A stretch of DNA of 64,000 nt, taken from the NCBI RefSeq assembly GCF_009914755.1, contig NC_060928.1; one strand, 5' to 3'. Made by a program: the position numbers and the translations under genes. Shown here in pieces: positions 21,373 through 38,490 of this stretch. The stretch comes from the human T2T-CHM13v2.0 reference genome, Homo sapiens. How positions within the stretch are numbered: position 1 is the stretch's first letter; the number at the start of each line of letters is the position of its first letter. A model generated the notes under the pieces. That model saw nothing but the letters and a program-made list of their open reading frames with translations, searched no databases and was not told the origin of the DNA.

Positions 21373-21426
21373 ATGCCGGCCGTGAGCCTCCCGCCCAAGG
21401 AGAATGCGCTCTTCAAGCGGATCTTG
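21373..21426 (+). CDS. NAA15: NAA15 exon 1 coding part (MPAVSLPPKENALFKRIL)
   Basis: ATG at 21373, 54 nt, donor TTG|GTAAGT; matches the N-terminus of the NatA auxiliary subunit. Confidence 0.97.
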
Positions 21427-22010
21427 GTAAGTGTGAGGCTCCGGGCAAGCGGTGGGGAGGATTTAGCCGGTAACCGGGCCTGTCACCCCTAACCTCGGCC
21501 CGGCGGGCACTGAGCCACTCCCGCCCGGGACCCCGCCTTCATAGCTCTCGTCAGGCCGAATGCATTGCTTTGCTCCCTCTCTGTGGTTCCTACTATGGCC
21601 CGCGCGCCAGGGACCACAGGCTTCTTCATTCCATCCCCACGCTTGAGGCCCTGGTTCCGGACTAGGCCCCGACCTCCCGGCTTCTAGACTGCCGGTTCTC
21701 ATTCTCCCCGATCTGGGGGAGAAGAGGCCCGGCCTTTGGCGGGCAAGTGGGCGACACCGGCAGGAGTCGCGGCCCGGTTGGTGTGGGAACCCTGCTGGCA
21801 GGTCGGGGTGGCACCCTTGGAAGGAACAGGTGGTGCGGATGCAGCAGGCTCATTCATTGCCTAAACGCGGTTCTCCCTCCATCATCTGTCCCTCCCTCTT
21901 CCTCCTCTCTTGGGATTCACCTGTCTCCGCCCGGCCCGGGGTCACCCAATGACCTGAGAGGAGGGAAAGAAGGAGTTCAGAGAAGGAAAGAAAGCTTTTC
22001 AAACGACTAC

Positions 22011-22146
22011 CTCCTTGTAGTCAGTTGCATACTGGAGTCTTCAGCTCCTCTGCCTCCGTTGTTCTCGTTTCTGGAGTAGGGATGAGGCATTTATTTCTTA
22101 GTTTCCGAGCGGGAAACAGCCCCACCCCGTCACTCTTCTCGGGAGG
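22011..22146 (-). other. NDUFC1: NDUFC1 distal first exon inside NAA15 intron 1, candidate
   Basis: Minus-strand donor GAG|GTAGTC at 22011/22010 at the edge of the CpG island; GC box at about 22162-22169 upstream; the 5' end rests on recalled annotation, not on the sequence. Confidence 0.5.
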
Positions 22147-22934
22147 TGGGGCCCATTGCGAGGGGGCGGTTCGGTAGGAAGTAAAAAGTTGAGTCTTTAG
22201 TTGAAACGTTGCAGACCTAGACTTTTCTTATACACTGAAGTATATTAACACATGCAAAAACTTACCAGAGAAATGAGAATATAAGAACTTTTGAGATGGA
22301 TTTTGTTGACGCTAGCTCAGACTTATTCCCTACGGTTCAAATGTGTGCAGTTTGTATTTTTTTAAACCATAAATGCATTGATGTTTGCAGGGACTGTTTA
22401 CATTGTAAAATATGTCCTGTAGCCTTGGAGCTATAATTAACACATTGTAGCACATTTTTTGTTTGGCATTTAGTATGTGGGTTCCCCCTTTCACGCAAAC
22501 GTTTCCTTATGATAGAATTAACTGTATTTGCCAAATTTAAGACTTTTAAAATTTGGGATGTGTGTGTGAAAGTGTTAGCCTTTTCCCCCGCAGTTATAAT
22601 TTATTTCACCTGTTTGAAAAGTAGAACAACTCTGGGGATTCAGTTTTTCTAGAAATGAATAATCATCCATTTGAACTAACTTTGATTTTACAAAAGTGTC
22701 CATATGCCCTACAGATTTAGTGAATTCATTTTGAAAAACATTAGAAAGTCACATGCAGTGTCGCAAAACTGTTACCTTGAAATTCTTACTGGAATTTTGT
22801 TTTGTTTTAAGACTAAGAGTGTAGGTGGAGCTGTAAAATAGTTTTAGGAAAAAAGTTACTTTTAAACCCTTAAAAAGACTAATTGGTGTGCAGGTAGAAC
22901 TGTAACATAAGTTTAGAATAGCAATTTATCTTTA

Positions 22935-24750
<1,816 letters not shown>

Positions 24751-26777
24751 ATAATAGCAATTTTTGATTAAACATCTTAATTTTTTTGTGGTAGTGTTAG
24801 TGGGGCAAAAACCTGTAAGTTTATTGCCAAAATCACAGTGCTGAAGATCTATTGATAAGTTATATGTGAGAGAAATGTGGAAGTCACTAAATGAAGGAAG
24901 AGTAAAGGAGCTAAAATGTCCTTATTGTTCTCATACATTAGGAATGAAGAAAGTGTTACTGACCAAAAGGATAGTATTGATTTTTTGAAATTGCTTCTGT
25001 TTCTTGAGATTTGATAGTAAGTTAGTGCTTTTAAGATTTTTTTTTTTTTTGCCCGGTCTGATAAAGGAAATGTTGGACATAATGTGATGTGTGTGCTCTA
25101 TGTAATCAAGTGTTGCTAGGTTGGTAACTTGTTGTTTTTTTTTTTTTTTGAGACGGAGTTTCGCTTTTGTTGCCCAGGCTGGAGGGCAATGGCATGATCT
25201 CGGCTCACCGAAACCTCTGTCTCCCGGGTTCAAGCAGTTCTGCTTCAGCGTCCTGAGTAGCTGGGATTACAGGCGTGTGCCACCACACCTAGCTAATTTT
25301 GTATTGTTAGTAGAGATGGGGTTTCTCCATGTTGTTCAGGCTCGTCTCAAACTCCCAGCCTCAAGTGATCCACCCGCCTTGGCCTCCCAGAATGCTGGGA
25401 TTACAGGCCTGAGCCACTGCTCCTGGCTGCTTGGTAACTTGTTAAATCATTCCTGCAGCATTCAACTTTTGAGCTGCTACTTTGTTAGTTGTACTGTACT
25501 TGTTATGATAAACTTAAGTAGGAAATACAGTTAGTTTGTATTTCAAAATAAACATTTTTTTCCTTAAATTTTTAATGGAAACCTGCTTTACACATAAGTT
25601 TGCAAAAATTTTAGAGTTTCTGCAGTGGATTTGCCTGGCTTGATCTAGTCTAGTTGATCTCTAAAATTCAGTTTTGTTGTATATTTTTCTCTTTTTTCCA
25701 ATATTACTCTTCTGTTTTCTGACTAAAGCATTGTCCTAAGTTAGTCAAAATGCTTGCATAATGTTTCTTGCTGATAATTTGTCTAGAAAAAGGATGGGAT
25801 GAATTTAATGTGACATATACTATGTAAGAGTTTATTTTATTTTGTTTGTTTTTTGAGACAGTTTTGCTCTGTCACCCAGGCTGGAGTGCAGTGGTGTGAT
25901 CTTGGCTCACTGCAACCTCCACCTCCTGGGTTCATGCCTCAGCCTCCCAAGTAGCTGGGATTACAGGCGCCTGCCACCACACTCGGCTAATTTTTTTTTT
26001 TGTATTTTTAGTAGAGATGGTGTTTCACCATGTTGGCCAGGCTGGTCTTGAACTAGTGACCTCAAGTGTTCTGCCTGCCTCGGCCTCCCAAAGTGCTGGG
26101 ATTACAGGCATGAGCCACTGCACCTGGTCCTATGTAAGAGTTTAAGGAAGACTTGTGTTTGCCAGAAGCTGGTTTTTTTTTTTTTGGTCTGGTTTTTGTT
26201 TTGTTTTGTTTTGTTTTGTTTTGTTTGTAATTACAAACTTTTAACTTATTTGGAAAATTAAGTCATTAGAAAATTGTGGCCTTTGCCTACTGTTGATGCT
26301 ATTTGTTTATCTAAAAGTTTGAGGAGGTTACCAGATATTTATACCACTTTGTTAGGATCTAGGTTAAGGGTAGGAAAAATGAGGTTGCCAGAGTAGAACA
26401 AAATCCACACCTTAGATTTTAACCTGCTTGGAAAAGATGGACATATCCTAATGCCTTTCAATCAAGTATTGGTAGGTTGGTTGCTGTTGCTGCTGCTTCC
26501 TTCTCTCTTTTTTGCTCTTCAAATGTTAATGTCAGTTATAAGAAAAATCTAAGTTGGGAATAGTTAAAATATTGTACATCAATAAATGTAGTTTTGGACT
26601 TTAGCCTGAATGATTTAAATTGTTAGTTGTAAGTGTTAAAGGACAGAATTTTTCTTTCCTAGAAAAGTGGTGAGAGAAGTTAAAATAGCATGATGATTAT
26701 GTTTGTGATTTGTCACTATTTGCCAGGTAAAATGAGAAATCTACCATTTGCCAGGCTCTGCTCTAGGTGCTTTAGAA

Positions 26778-27287
<510 letters not shown>

Positions 27288-27578
27288 TGCTTTATTTAGA
27301 GTCCTTTCTTAATTCTCAAAACTTTTCAAGGTGGGGACATTTTTATTAAGCAAACAGACTGAGATTAAGGTCAACAGCTAGTGTTAGTTACAGTCTGGAA
27401 TAAAACTTTTTTTCTTTTCAGGGCACTTAACATCACACCTGCCTAGTGTTTAACTATTTAGGGGAGGGGTGTAGGAGGAGGGTGAGGGAATTGTTAGGCA
27501 AAGGAGTAGTAATACTTATTAGGTGGCTGTATACATTGTATAATAAGTAAATTATTATTATTATTATTATTTTTTTGA

Positions 27579-27680
<102 letters not shown>

Positions 27681-28740
27681 TGAGTAGCTGAGACTACAGG
27701 CACCTGCCACCACACCCAGCTAATTTTTTGTATTTTTAGTAGAGACGGGGTTTCACCGTGTTAGCCAGGATGGTCTCGATCTCCTGACCTCCTGATCTGC
27801 CCGCCTTGGCCTCCCTAAGTGCTAGGATTACAGGCATGAACCACCGCGCCCGGCCCATTGTATAATAGGTAAATTATTTTATGTGATTTATTTTCTTTGG
27901 GAAAGTTAATGTTTCTGCTAGTTAATGATACTTAGTTTAGCTTCAGTTGCTGATGAAATTTAGATTAGGAATTGTTAGCAAGTAGGTGTCCATATGCACA
28001 TGAAAGTTTAACTGATTAATTTCTTTGTGACAGAATTCCAGTTTTGCAACTAAGAGTGGACAGTAACTTTGAAATTGGTTTTAATATACTTTTGCTTGTA
28101 CTTCATATATTTAGAATATAACAAAAAATCAAAAAATGGAAACAAAGTTTGGTCTGTTCTGAAATCCCATTCAGCTCTTAGTAGTTAATCATAAGTTTAT
28201 TTATTTTTTTGAGATGGAGTCTCACTTTTGTCGTCCAGGCTGGAGTACAGTGGCGTGATCTCAGCTCACTGCACTCTCCGACTCACTGCAACCTCCACCT
28301 CCCAGGTTCAAGTGATTCTCCTGCCTCAGCCTCCCCAGTAGCTGGGATTACAGGTGTCCACCACCACACCCAGCTAAGTTTTATATTTTTAGTACAGACA
28401 GGGTTTCGCCATGTTGGCGAGGCTGGTCTCAGACTGCTTACCTCGGGTGATCCACCCACCTCAGCCTCTCCCAAGTGCTGGGATTACAGGCGTGAGCCAC
28501 CGCACCCTGCCGGTAATCGTAAATTTAAACTCGGATAAATTATCCCTTAAAAGTATACCAGAAAACAAAATGCAGTTTTGCTATTTTATATATGTGTATA
28601 TAATGTGTATATAATTATTATAAAAATTACAAAATGATTTTTCTGTAAAAATCGAGTGAGGGCCGGGCACAGTGGCTCACGCCTGTAATCCCAGCACTTT
28701 GGGAGGCTGAGGCGGGTGGATCACCTGAGGTCAGGAGTTA

Positions 28741-28941
<201 letters not shown>

Positions 28942-29021
28942 TCAAAAAAAAAAAAAAAAATCTAGTGAGAAGTGAAAATCTTTTAATAATGTGGTAAATT
29001 TATTCTTTGCTTGCTTTTTAA

Positions 29022-29022
<1 letters not shown>

Positions 29023-29054
<32 letters not shown>

Positions 29055-29063
29055 TGTGTGTGT
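29023..29063. repeat. (TG)n microsatellite with one interruption
   Basis: Read directly. Confidence 0.95.
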
Positions 29064-29765
29064 CCAGGATTTCACTGTGTTGCCCAGGCTAGTCCTGAGC
29101 TCAGGTGATCCTCCTGCTTCAGCCTGCCAAGTAGCTGAGATTATGGTACATGCTACTGCGCCTGGCCTGTTTGCTTACTTTTTAATTTTTGTCTTTCTGG
29201 AGTGAGATGCAGTATGAATGAACAAATATATGTTTTTGTTTTAAACTGACAGCATATATTTTTAAAATTCTGTATTGTGTTAGAAACCTGAAATGTTTTA
29301 AAAAATATTTTTTAAAAATTCTTTTGCGTCAATAGAGTGGGTTAAAAATACTTGTTTGTGCAGAGTGACCACAGTTCAGTTTTCAATAGTAGTAGATGGA
29401 CAACACTATATTTTCAGAAAAGCAGACTAAAGCTTAAAAGGGAACTGAATTTAATGTTCCATTTTTTAGATGTGTCAAAGTCTTGCAGTCCTGGGTCATT
29501 ATTGGGGCTCAAACTAGTTATTTGATGATAATAGAATTGCCATCCAAACTATTGGAGCGCTGGTTAATGAACAGTTTCCAGAGGGGCGGGCATGGTGCTC
29601 GGTGTGATTGGGGGACTGGAGAGATACTGTCCAGCTGGCCTCAACTGAAGGGATCCCTCTCCTTAGTGTGCAGTCTTATATCTTTTAATATTTCTGCTTC
29701 TGACAATGAAGTTCTGACAGAGCATTGATTCAAATATATCTTCTTTCTTCATAAAAACATTTTTG

Positions 29766-30148
<383 letters not shown>

Positions 30149-33100
30149 TCATTTTTCTTATTTGTTTTAGGACTTCTGCTCAGATGTCCTTTATTTTTAA
30201 TTTTAAATTTATTTTTATTATTATTTTTTGAGACAGGGTTTTGCTCTGTCACTCAGCCTAGCATGCAGTGGCACAATTTTAGTTTACTTCAGCCTCTGCC
30301 TCCTGGGTTCAAGTGATTCTCCTGCCTCAGCTTCCTGAGTAGCTGGGATTCCAGGTGCCTCCTACCACACCTGGCTAATTTTTGTATTTTTAGTACAGGC
30401 GGGGTTTCACCATGTTGGCCAGGCTGGTCTTGAACTCCAGGCCTCAGGTGATCCACCTGCCTCGGCCTCCCAAAATGCTGGAATTACAGGTGTGAGCCAT
30501 TATGCCTGGCCTAATTTAAAAAATTTTGAGACAGAGTCTTACTCTGTTGCCCAGGCTGGAGGGCTGGAGTGCAGTAGTGTGATCTCGGCTCACTGCAACC
30601 TCTGTCTCCTGGGTTCAAGCGATTCTCCCACCTTAGTCTTCTGGGTAGCTGGGACTACAGGCACATGCCACCATGCCTGGCTAAACAGGTGTCCTTTAAA
30701 TGTTATTTAGAGACCTTCCTTGGCTAGCAGTCAGTCCTTCTCACCTTATTTTCTTATTTCTTACTTTATTCTCATTTATCAGCTTCTGACATACATTTAC
30801 TTTTATGTTTATCACGTTTTCCACAATTAAAATGTAGGGTTTATGAAGATAAGGACGTCTGTTAATGGCTCTATTCACATTGGTTAAAATGATGTACCAT
30901 AGTAGATGTTTAATAAATATTTGTTATGTGAAGTGAGTGTGAAAATAGTGATTACAGGGCAAGAGAAAAAGATCTTTGGATTGTGTGCTTGCATAAATTT
31001 TTGGAGAAGGGAGTTAAGCTGGGCTTTGGCATTACAGAGTACATTAGTGTATGAAATAATTGTAGGATATTGGGCAGAGCCTATATTATGGTAAGACTTT
31101 GAAGTTTAATTTATAAATGAATTATAGTATTTGTTTATATAGCCTTTCATCACAAAAGCATAATAAGAGGAAAATTTTGTTATTGTTTCTTTGGTTTTGG
31201 CATTGGAGGAGAAATGGTATCAGGATTAAATGAGTTTGTTGTGAGGAGCCTGCTGCTGTATTAGAATCTTCAGATAGTAGGGCTCAGCCATACGTCATTT
31301 CATAAAGCTTTACAACCGATTCTGACACGAAGTCAGGGTTGATGACCACTATATATGATATTAAGAAATAGACCTGTTATAAAATTTAAAATATAAAATG
31401 TTAGAAGAGCTGGGCGCAGGGGTGCATGCCAGTTACTCAGGAGTCTGAGGCAGCAAGATTGGTTGAGCTCAGGAGTTGAAGGCTATAGTTTGTGATTATT
31501 GCGCCTGTGAATTGCTACTGCACTCCAGCCTGGGCACCATAGCGAGACTCTATCTCTTTAAAAAAAAAATTTGAGGGAAAGTAATCGTAGTGTTAGAGTT
31601 GCTTTGTGTTTTTCAGAAAATTTAAAAATCAAGTTTAATTCTTGGTATGCTGGGAAGCTGATGTGGAAGAGAGAACAAGTCACATAACAGTGAGCTTAGC
31701 CAGCAATCAGCATTCATATCTAAATACAATTTTGCTCTCTATTTACAGGCAATATCCTGTTGAGGAGACAAACTTAAGATTCTTAGTGAGAAATAGTTCT
31801 GAAAAGAATGTCAGTTGCCAATTCTGATAGTAAGAAGGGTGAGTGAAGAGGCTTAAATTCAGTAATAGTTCTCAGTGTAAATGTTAGGGTGTGGAAGGAA
31901 TTTTATGCTGTGGTTGTATTCTTGACTTTTGGAAATTTCCCTGAAATGCCAGCTGTAGGCTTAAACATCTAAGTTGTTTTATGATACATGCTGTACAAAC
32001 TTGTATTAAAGTTGTAACTTTAAGAACACTAGTCTAACTTGTTGCCTGTGGTTTTTTTCCTCCTAGGTAAGATAGGAAATTATATTGTTCACTACTTAAT
32101 ATGGCATTAAAATAATCCCTTACACTTTTAACTAAAGCAATCTTTTCTTTCCTTGTTATTTAGAAGTAAAATAGCTTGTAATCCCATCGCTTTGGGAGGC
32201 CAATGTGGAAAATCTCTTGAAGTCGGGAGTTTGAGACCAGCCTGGGCAACATAGCAAGGCTCTGTCTCTGTAAAAAATGAAAAAGTTACTTGGATGTGGT
32301 GGTGGTGCAAACCTGTAGTCCTAGCTACTTGGGAGGCTGAGGTGGAGGACCGCTTGAGCCTAGGAGTTCAAGACTGCAGTGAGCTATCATCATGCCACTG
32401 CACTCCAGCCTGGGTGACAGAATGAGACCTTGTCTGGGGGGGAAAAAAAAAGTAAAATAAAAATTGCAGTGTAAGAATTAAATGATGGACAGGTTGATGT
32501 TTTTGTTATCTGATGGGCTCTACTGCACTTTCTTTGGTTAGTATAATATGAACAAATCTTCAGTTGAAATAATGTGAAATTTCTACTGAAACACCTTGGG
32601 GAAATAATATTATTTGAAGCCAGTATTATTTTTAATTTTAAAGATTCCATTTGATTTTATTACAGAGGAGATTATGTAAACATTCCTGAGTGGCATCTGT
32701 AAGAGTTGTTTTATCTGATTACATAAAAGGAGAAGTGAAAGTTTGCTTTTAAAAACAGTAGACCTAGGGAAAAAAAGCCTGGCCTTGGTTGGTTGTCTCC
32801 TTTTACACATGGTTGCTGTTCAAATTCAAAAACTTTTTTTTCCTCTCACAATAAAATGGCTAAAATGGCTTACACTTAAAATGTTACTCTATTTTTCAAA
32901 GAGAACTTGTTGGGTAGTACAAGATTACCTTTAATTATCAATGTTTGAGGACCAAGTTAGAATTTTTAAGAAGGGGAACATTAAGCAAAGCAGTATTTAT
33001 TTAGTATCTATTTTGAGCCAGATTTTATGCTAGACTTTTTACATGTTAGCTGATATAAACTTTGTGACACTCCCTTAAGGAAATTGTAAGTATAGCCAAT

Positions 33101-33151
33101 ACTTAATGACTACATTGTTACAGTATATTTCTTTCTTTTTTTTTTTTTTGA

Positions 33152-33307
<156 letters not shown>

Positions 33308-33458
33308 TAATTTTAGTAGAGACAGGGTTTCTCCATTGGCTGGCCTCTAACTCCTGACCTCAGGTGATCTGCCCGCCTCGGCCTACCAAAGTGCTGGCAT
33401 TACAGGTGTGAGCCACCGCGCCCGGCCTGTTACAGTATATTTCTAAATGCTTTATATA

Positions 33459-34070
33459 CAGGTAATTCCACTGTATCGGGACATGGAGATTCCTAAAAGT
33501 CGCTGCGCTTTGCAAAATCACGCAATAAAAACCACAGGGCTTATGGGGAAAATGAGTTTGACCACAACATTAAAAAACATTATTAGTGACAGATTAAAAA
33601 CAAAGATAAGAACTTAAAATGGTAGTACTGTTTTACATATGTTAAATGGTTAACAAATACATAATACTATGATGTAAATATTGCACTTTACCTTGAAAAA
33701 GACAGTGCTTGCTTGCAGAAGTGGGCATCTGAAGGATTACAGTTTGTAAATTATTGTGAAGTGGAGAAAGTCAGGTTATCTGAAATCTGATGGTAAGTTG
33801 TAACATCAGATGTAGATGGGTGTGGTTCATTGTGGCTCACAACATACAAGGGGATCTGAGGTAGTTGTTTGAGGTGTGTGTCTGGGTGCTGCTGTGCATG
33901 CCTATGAGACTTGTTTTGGCTAGGTGCTGTTTTCTGTGTTCATCTAGAGTTTCTAATAGATGAAATTCATAGAAGCAAACATGAAATTTAAAATGTTAAA
34001 AATGCTCCCCATGAATTGTGTTGGAGCCAATGTGTGTTTTCAAAACAAGCAATGTAGCAGAATTTACCTG
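33459..34070. mobile_element. MER82-like TcMar-Tigger non-autonomous DNA transposon
   Basis: TA|CAGGTAATTC ... GAATTTACCTG|TA terminal inverted repeats with TA duplications; aataaaaaccacagggcttatggg motif. Confidence 0.75.
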
Positions 34071-34272
34071 TACATGATTTAACTTAGAGTTGTAGAGATC
34101 ATATATCCTGTGTTTGAGTAGTTCTTAACTCTGAAGTATGGCTGTTTACTAAGAGCCCTAGTCTTGCATCTAATACCTGAGATAGTGCCACATTCTTTGC
34201 CGTCTTAGGTTGCCACTGCCACTAAATGAAAACCAAGGAGACTTAAGCATCTTCCAACTGTTTCTTTGTTAG

Positions 34273-34392
<120 letters not shown>

Positions 34393-34576
34393 TGAATAGC
34401 TGGGATTACAGGCGTGTGCCACCATGCCCAGCAAATTTTTGTATTTTTAGTAGAAACGGGATTTCACCATGTTGGCCACGATGGTCTCAATCTCTTGACA
34501 TTGTGATCCGCCTGCCTCGGCCTCCCAAAGTGCTGGGAATACAGGCATGAGCAACCACACCCGGCCTAGAGAAGCG

Positions 34577-34705
34577 TTCAGTTCAGTTCAGTTTAGTTTA
34601 GTTTAGTTTAGTTTAGTTTAGTTTAGTTTAGTTTAGTTTAGTTTAGGTTAGGTTAGGTTAGTTTAGTTTAGTTTAGTTTAGTTTAGTTTAGTTTAGTTTA
34701 GTTTT
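34577..34705. repeat. (AGTTT)n pentanucleotide microsatellite with AGTTC and AGGTT variants
   Basis: About 25 units read directly; derived from an Alu tail. Confidence 0.95.
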
Positions 34706-37038
34706 TGAGACGGAGTCTCGCTCTTTCACCCAGGCTGGAGTGCGGTGGCGCGATCCCGGCTCACTGCAAGCTCTGCCTCGGCCTAGGGAAGCTTTTGATA
34801 GAGGCTAATTCATTTTAAAGATTTCTGTGGGAGACCAAGTGACATTTTAAAACCCAGGAAATAGGCCAGGGACGATGGCTCACGCCTGTAATCTCAGTGC
34901 TTTGAGAGGCAGAGGTGGGAGGATCACTTGAGCCCAAGAGTTCCAGGCCAGCCTGGGCAATATGGCAAAACCCTATCTGTACAAAAATACAAAAATTAGC
35001 CAGGCGTGGTGGTACGTGCCTGTAATCCCCGCTACTTGGCAGGCTGAGGTGGGGGATTGCTTGAGCGTGGCAGGTCCAGGCTTCAGTGAGCAGTGTTCAT
35101 GCCACTGCACTCCAGCCTGAGTGACAGCGTGAGACCGCGTCTCAAGAACAACAATAACAACAACAACAACGACTCGGCAAATCTGAGTAAAAGAGAAAAG
35201 CAGTACTTTTCTAAACTACCTCCCAAATTAGGTAGTGAGATACGTATACAAGTGCATGCCCAATGGTAAAGCACGTGTATTATTAGTACTTGCTCTTTTG
35301 TAGATGTAGTCTATTTTAAACCTTAGCTTTTTCACTGAATTGATCTCATCTTTGGTTTATGTTATACTTACTCTGGGTCTTATATTCTGTTTGATGTTTT
35401 TATTTGCTTATTTTTTATTTTTATTTTTTACTTAAGAGAGTTTATATTTTCATTAGTTACCTTTATATTATACCTTTAAAAATCCTCTTAGTCTCTCTCT
35501 TTTTTTAAAAAAAAAATTTAGGTTTCTTCTATTTGGTTTATCAGCTTTAAATTAGAGCCATTTGGTTTCATTTTCTTACGTGTGAAGTCTTATTCCAGTT
35601 TCTTTTTTTTCTGTCTCTTTTCCTGTGATTTTTTGAAGTTATATTTACTTTGTGAGAGTATGTCATTTTACATACTATTCTTCCTCGTCAATACCTTTGT
35701 TTTAAATTTAGTACTACAATATTGTTAAAGATTTACAGATCTTTTCTTGAAGTTCTCAATCACTTCTTGGATAAAGCTCATCATCTAGTAGATTCCTCAG
35801 GAATGCTTGTGAAACAATTTCTTAAATTTTTACATGTTTAAATTGTTTCCTATATCCTTGATATTTGAAGGACAGCTTGGCTGGATATAAAATATTTGAT
35901 TCACATCTACCACCTGTTCTGTCTCTTCTATATGTATGACTTTTCTTTGATTCTTTTCACATCTATTTCTTTTTCATTTATGTGAAAGCATTCCTATTTT
36001 CTATCTCTTTAGATCATATCTGTTCTCTCTAGGGCATCTTTTGTAATTTAGTCTTCATTTAAGTTCAGTTTGTTCATGTTTTACAAGTTCCTGTTATTTG
36101 TCTACTCTGTTTAAAATTTTGAGTTTCTCATTTGAGGTGTTCTTTTATGTCTGCATTTGTTATTTAATTACTTTAAATTTGCGATGGATATGGTGATATT
36201 ACATCTTTTCTCTGTAAGCGTTTTTGATGTGTTTTCGTCTGCCCAAGTATTTTACTTTTTATTCCTTATAAGTAATTTGGTATGAATGCTGAGTCCTTTT
36301 TTCTGTTCAGGTTGTTTGTGCCAGATTTTATTGTACCAACAATATTGTTATCTTATTTTGTCTTATTTTGGTGATGGGGTTAGGGTGGCCTTCTCAGTCT
36401 CTTAGTTCAAGAGCATTCTGATTTGTTGCCACAGTGAAATGTAGTTTTAAAAATAAATTAACACCTCCCCCCACCCCCCGCCATAGTTCTGTCTTGTTTT
36501 AGTAGGCCATCTATGCTCTGGTCACTTCCTTTTTTTCCTTTATCATCAACCCTCCAAATGACACCTCCTTCTCTCCCAGAAACTGTGCCTTGCTAAAACT
36601 GTTGCCTTTGATCTTACATACTTTCTAAGTGTATTTTTGACTTCCCAGTAGCCATTGCTCTCACTGTCATGTATCAGATGTGCCAGTACTTTCTCTCAGA
36701 TGGGGCCCTCTCCTGATGGTAAATCCTCAGTCATATTACATGTAATTCGGTTACCACTAGGACTCTGCTATATTGCTCTTCTGGACAGTTCCCATTGAAG
36801 CTTCTGGTCTTCAATGTTTATGCTCTTATACGTAAATTGGAGTTTTTAGTCATTTCATCTCCTTATAATGCTGTGGGGTCAGCTATGGATGATTTTATTT
36901 GCTCTTTTTCTTGGCCTGTATGGTTTTTATGAGGATTTGTGGAGGGTGTAGAAATTAGAGGATCGTGGGCCGGGCGCGGTGGCTGACGCCTGTAATCCCA
37001 GCACTTTGGGCGGCCGAGGCGGGTAGATCACGAGGTCA

Positions 37039-37290
<252 letters not shown>

Positions 37291-38003
37291 CTATAGGGGA
37301 CTTAATCTGTGTTTTTTATGTGCTATGCTTGAAAATATTTGTGTTTGCTTTAAAATAATTTGCAATTCAGGTTTTGTATAATTGGATAATTGGTTATACT
37401 TCTGTTTTACCCCATTGTTCTCTCTTCAAACTCTCTTGGAAGTATTTGTCATGGAAATAACTATGAGGTTATATTTTATAGCTGTCTGTCAATCATGTGT
37501 GTAATCCTTGTTTTGCAGATTTCTACTCTTATCAAGCAGGAATCTGAAATGCCACTTTAATGTTCTTTCTTCAAGTGACATAATTTCATGCTACAAAGTA
37601 AATGAAATATAAAATCTGGCACATTTTATGATACATTTACAAGAGTATAATATTCAGAAAGTGGATGGTGATTGTTGCACTCAATTTTGCTTGCTAGTAA
37701 GACCATATATGTAATTTTCACTTCTGTGTCCAAAACTTCCAAAGATAAAGACCAATGACGCCCTAATGCTTGTACTCCACAAAAATATTGGTGTAAAATT
37801 CCTTACAGATCTTTCTTGTCTTTTTTATTCTGAGACTGAGTATTTATTACCTTTATAATATTAAGATGCTTTTTGTGTGTGTGTGTGAAATACTAACGCC
37901 AAAATTTTTTTTAATGGCTTATTTGGAAAAATAAAAATTTAGCAATTCCATTTCGGTTCCCCCGTTTGTTTTTTTGAAACCCTATTAGTTTTTTAAATAT
38001 ACG

Positions 38004-38111
38004 GTGCTTCTTTGGCAGCACATATACTAAAATTGGAACAATACAAAGAAGATTATTAGCATGGCCCTTGCACAAGGATGACATGTAAATTCATGAAATA
38101 TTCCATGTTTT
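38004..38111 (+). pseudogene. Full-length U6 snRNA retropseudogene
   Basis: gtgct..ggcagcacatatactaaaattggaac..ttagcatggccc..caaggatgaca..ttccatgtttt aligns to U6 with CpG decay, a tta insertion and ACAGAGA changed to ACAAAGA. Confidence 0.93.
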
Positions 38112-38184
38112 CTTAAATATAAAAAAAATAAGTAAAACATAGAAACATGGGAATAATATTATATCAGCTTCATAGAGTGGTCTA

Positions 38185-38490
<306 letters not shown>

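Larger units (their letters stand above)
20860..22175. promoter_or_regulatory. NAA15: CpG island / TATA-less promoter of NAA15, probably bidirectional
   Basis: CpG-dense; GC box GGGCGGGG about 20940; YY1 CGCCATTTT 21091-21099; E-box CACGTG 21128-21133. Confidence 0.9.

Noticed and set aside
20759-22079. Several ORFs across the NAA15 CpG island
   Set aside because: GC-content artefacts with mostly GTG/TTG starts and no homology I can recognise
34577-34705. GTTTAG/GGTTAG repeats resembling interstitial telomere or CRISPR repeats
   Set aside because: The period is 5 nt, not TTAGGG; there are no spacers; it is an Alu-tail microsatellite
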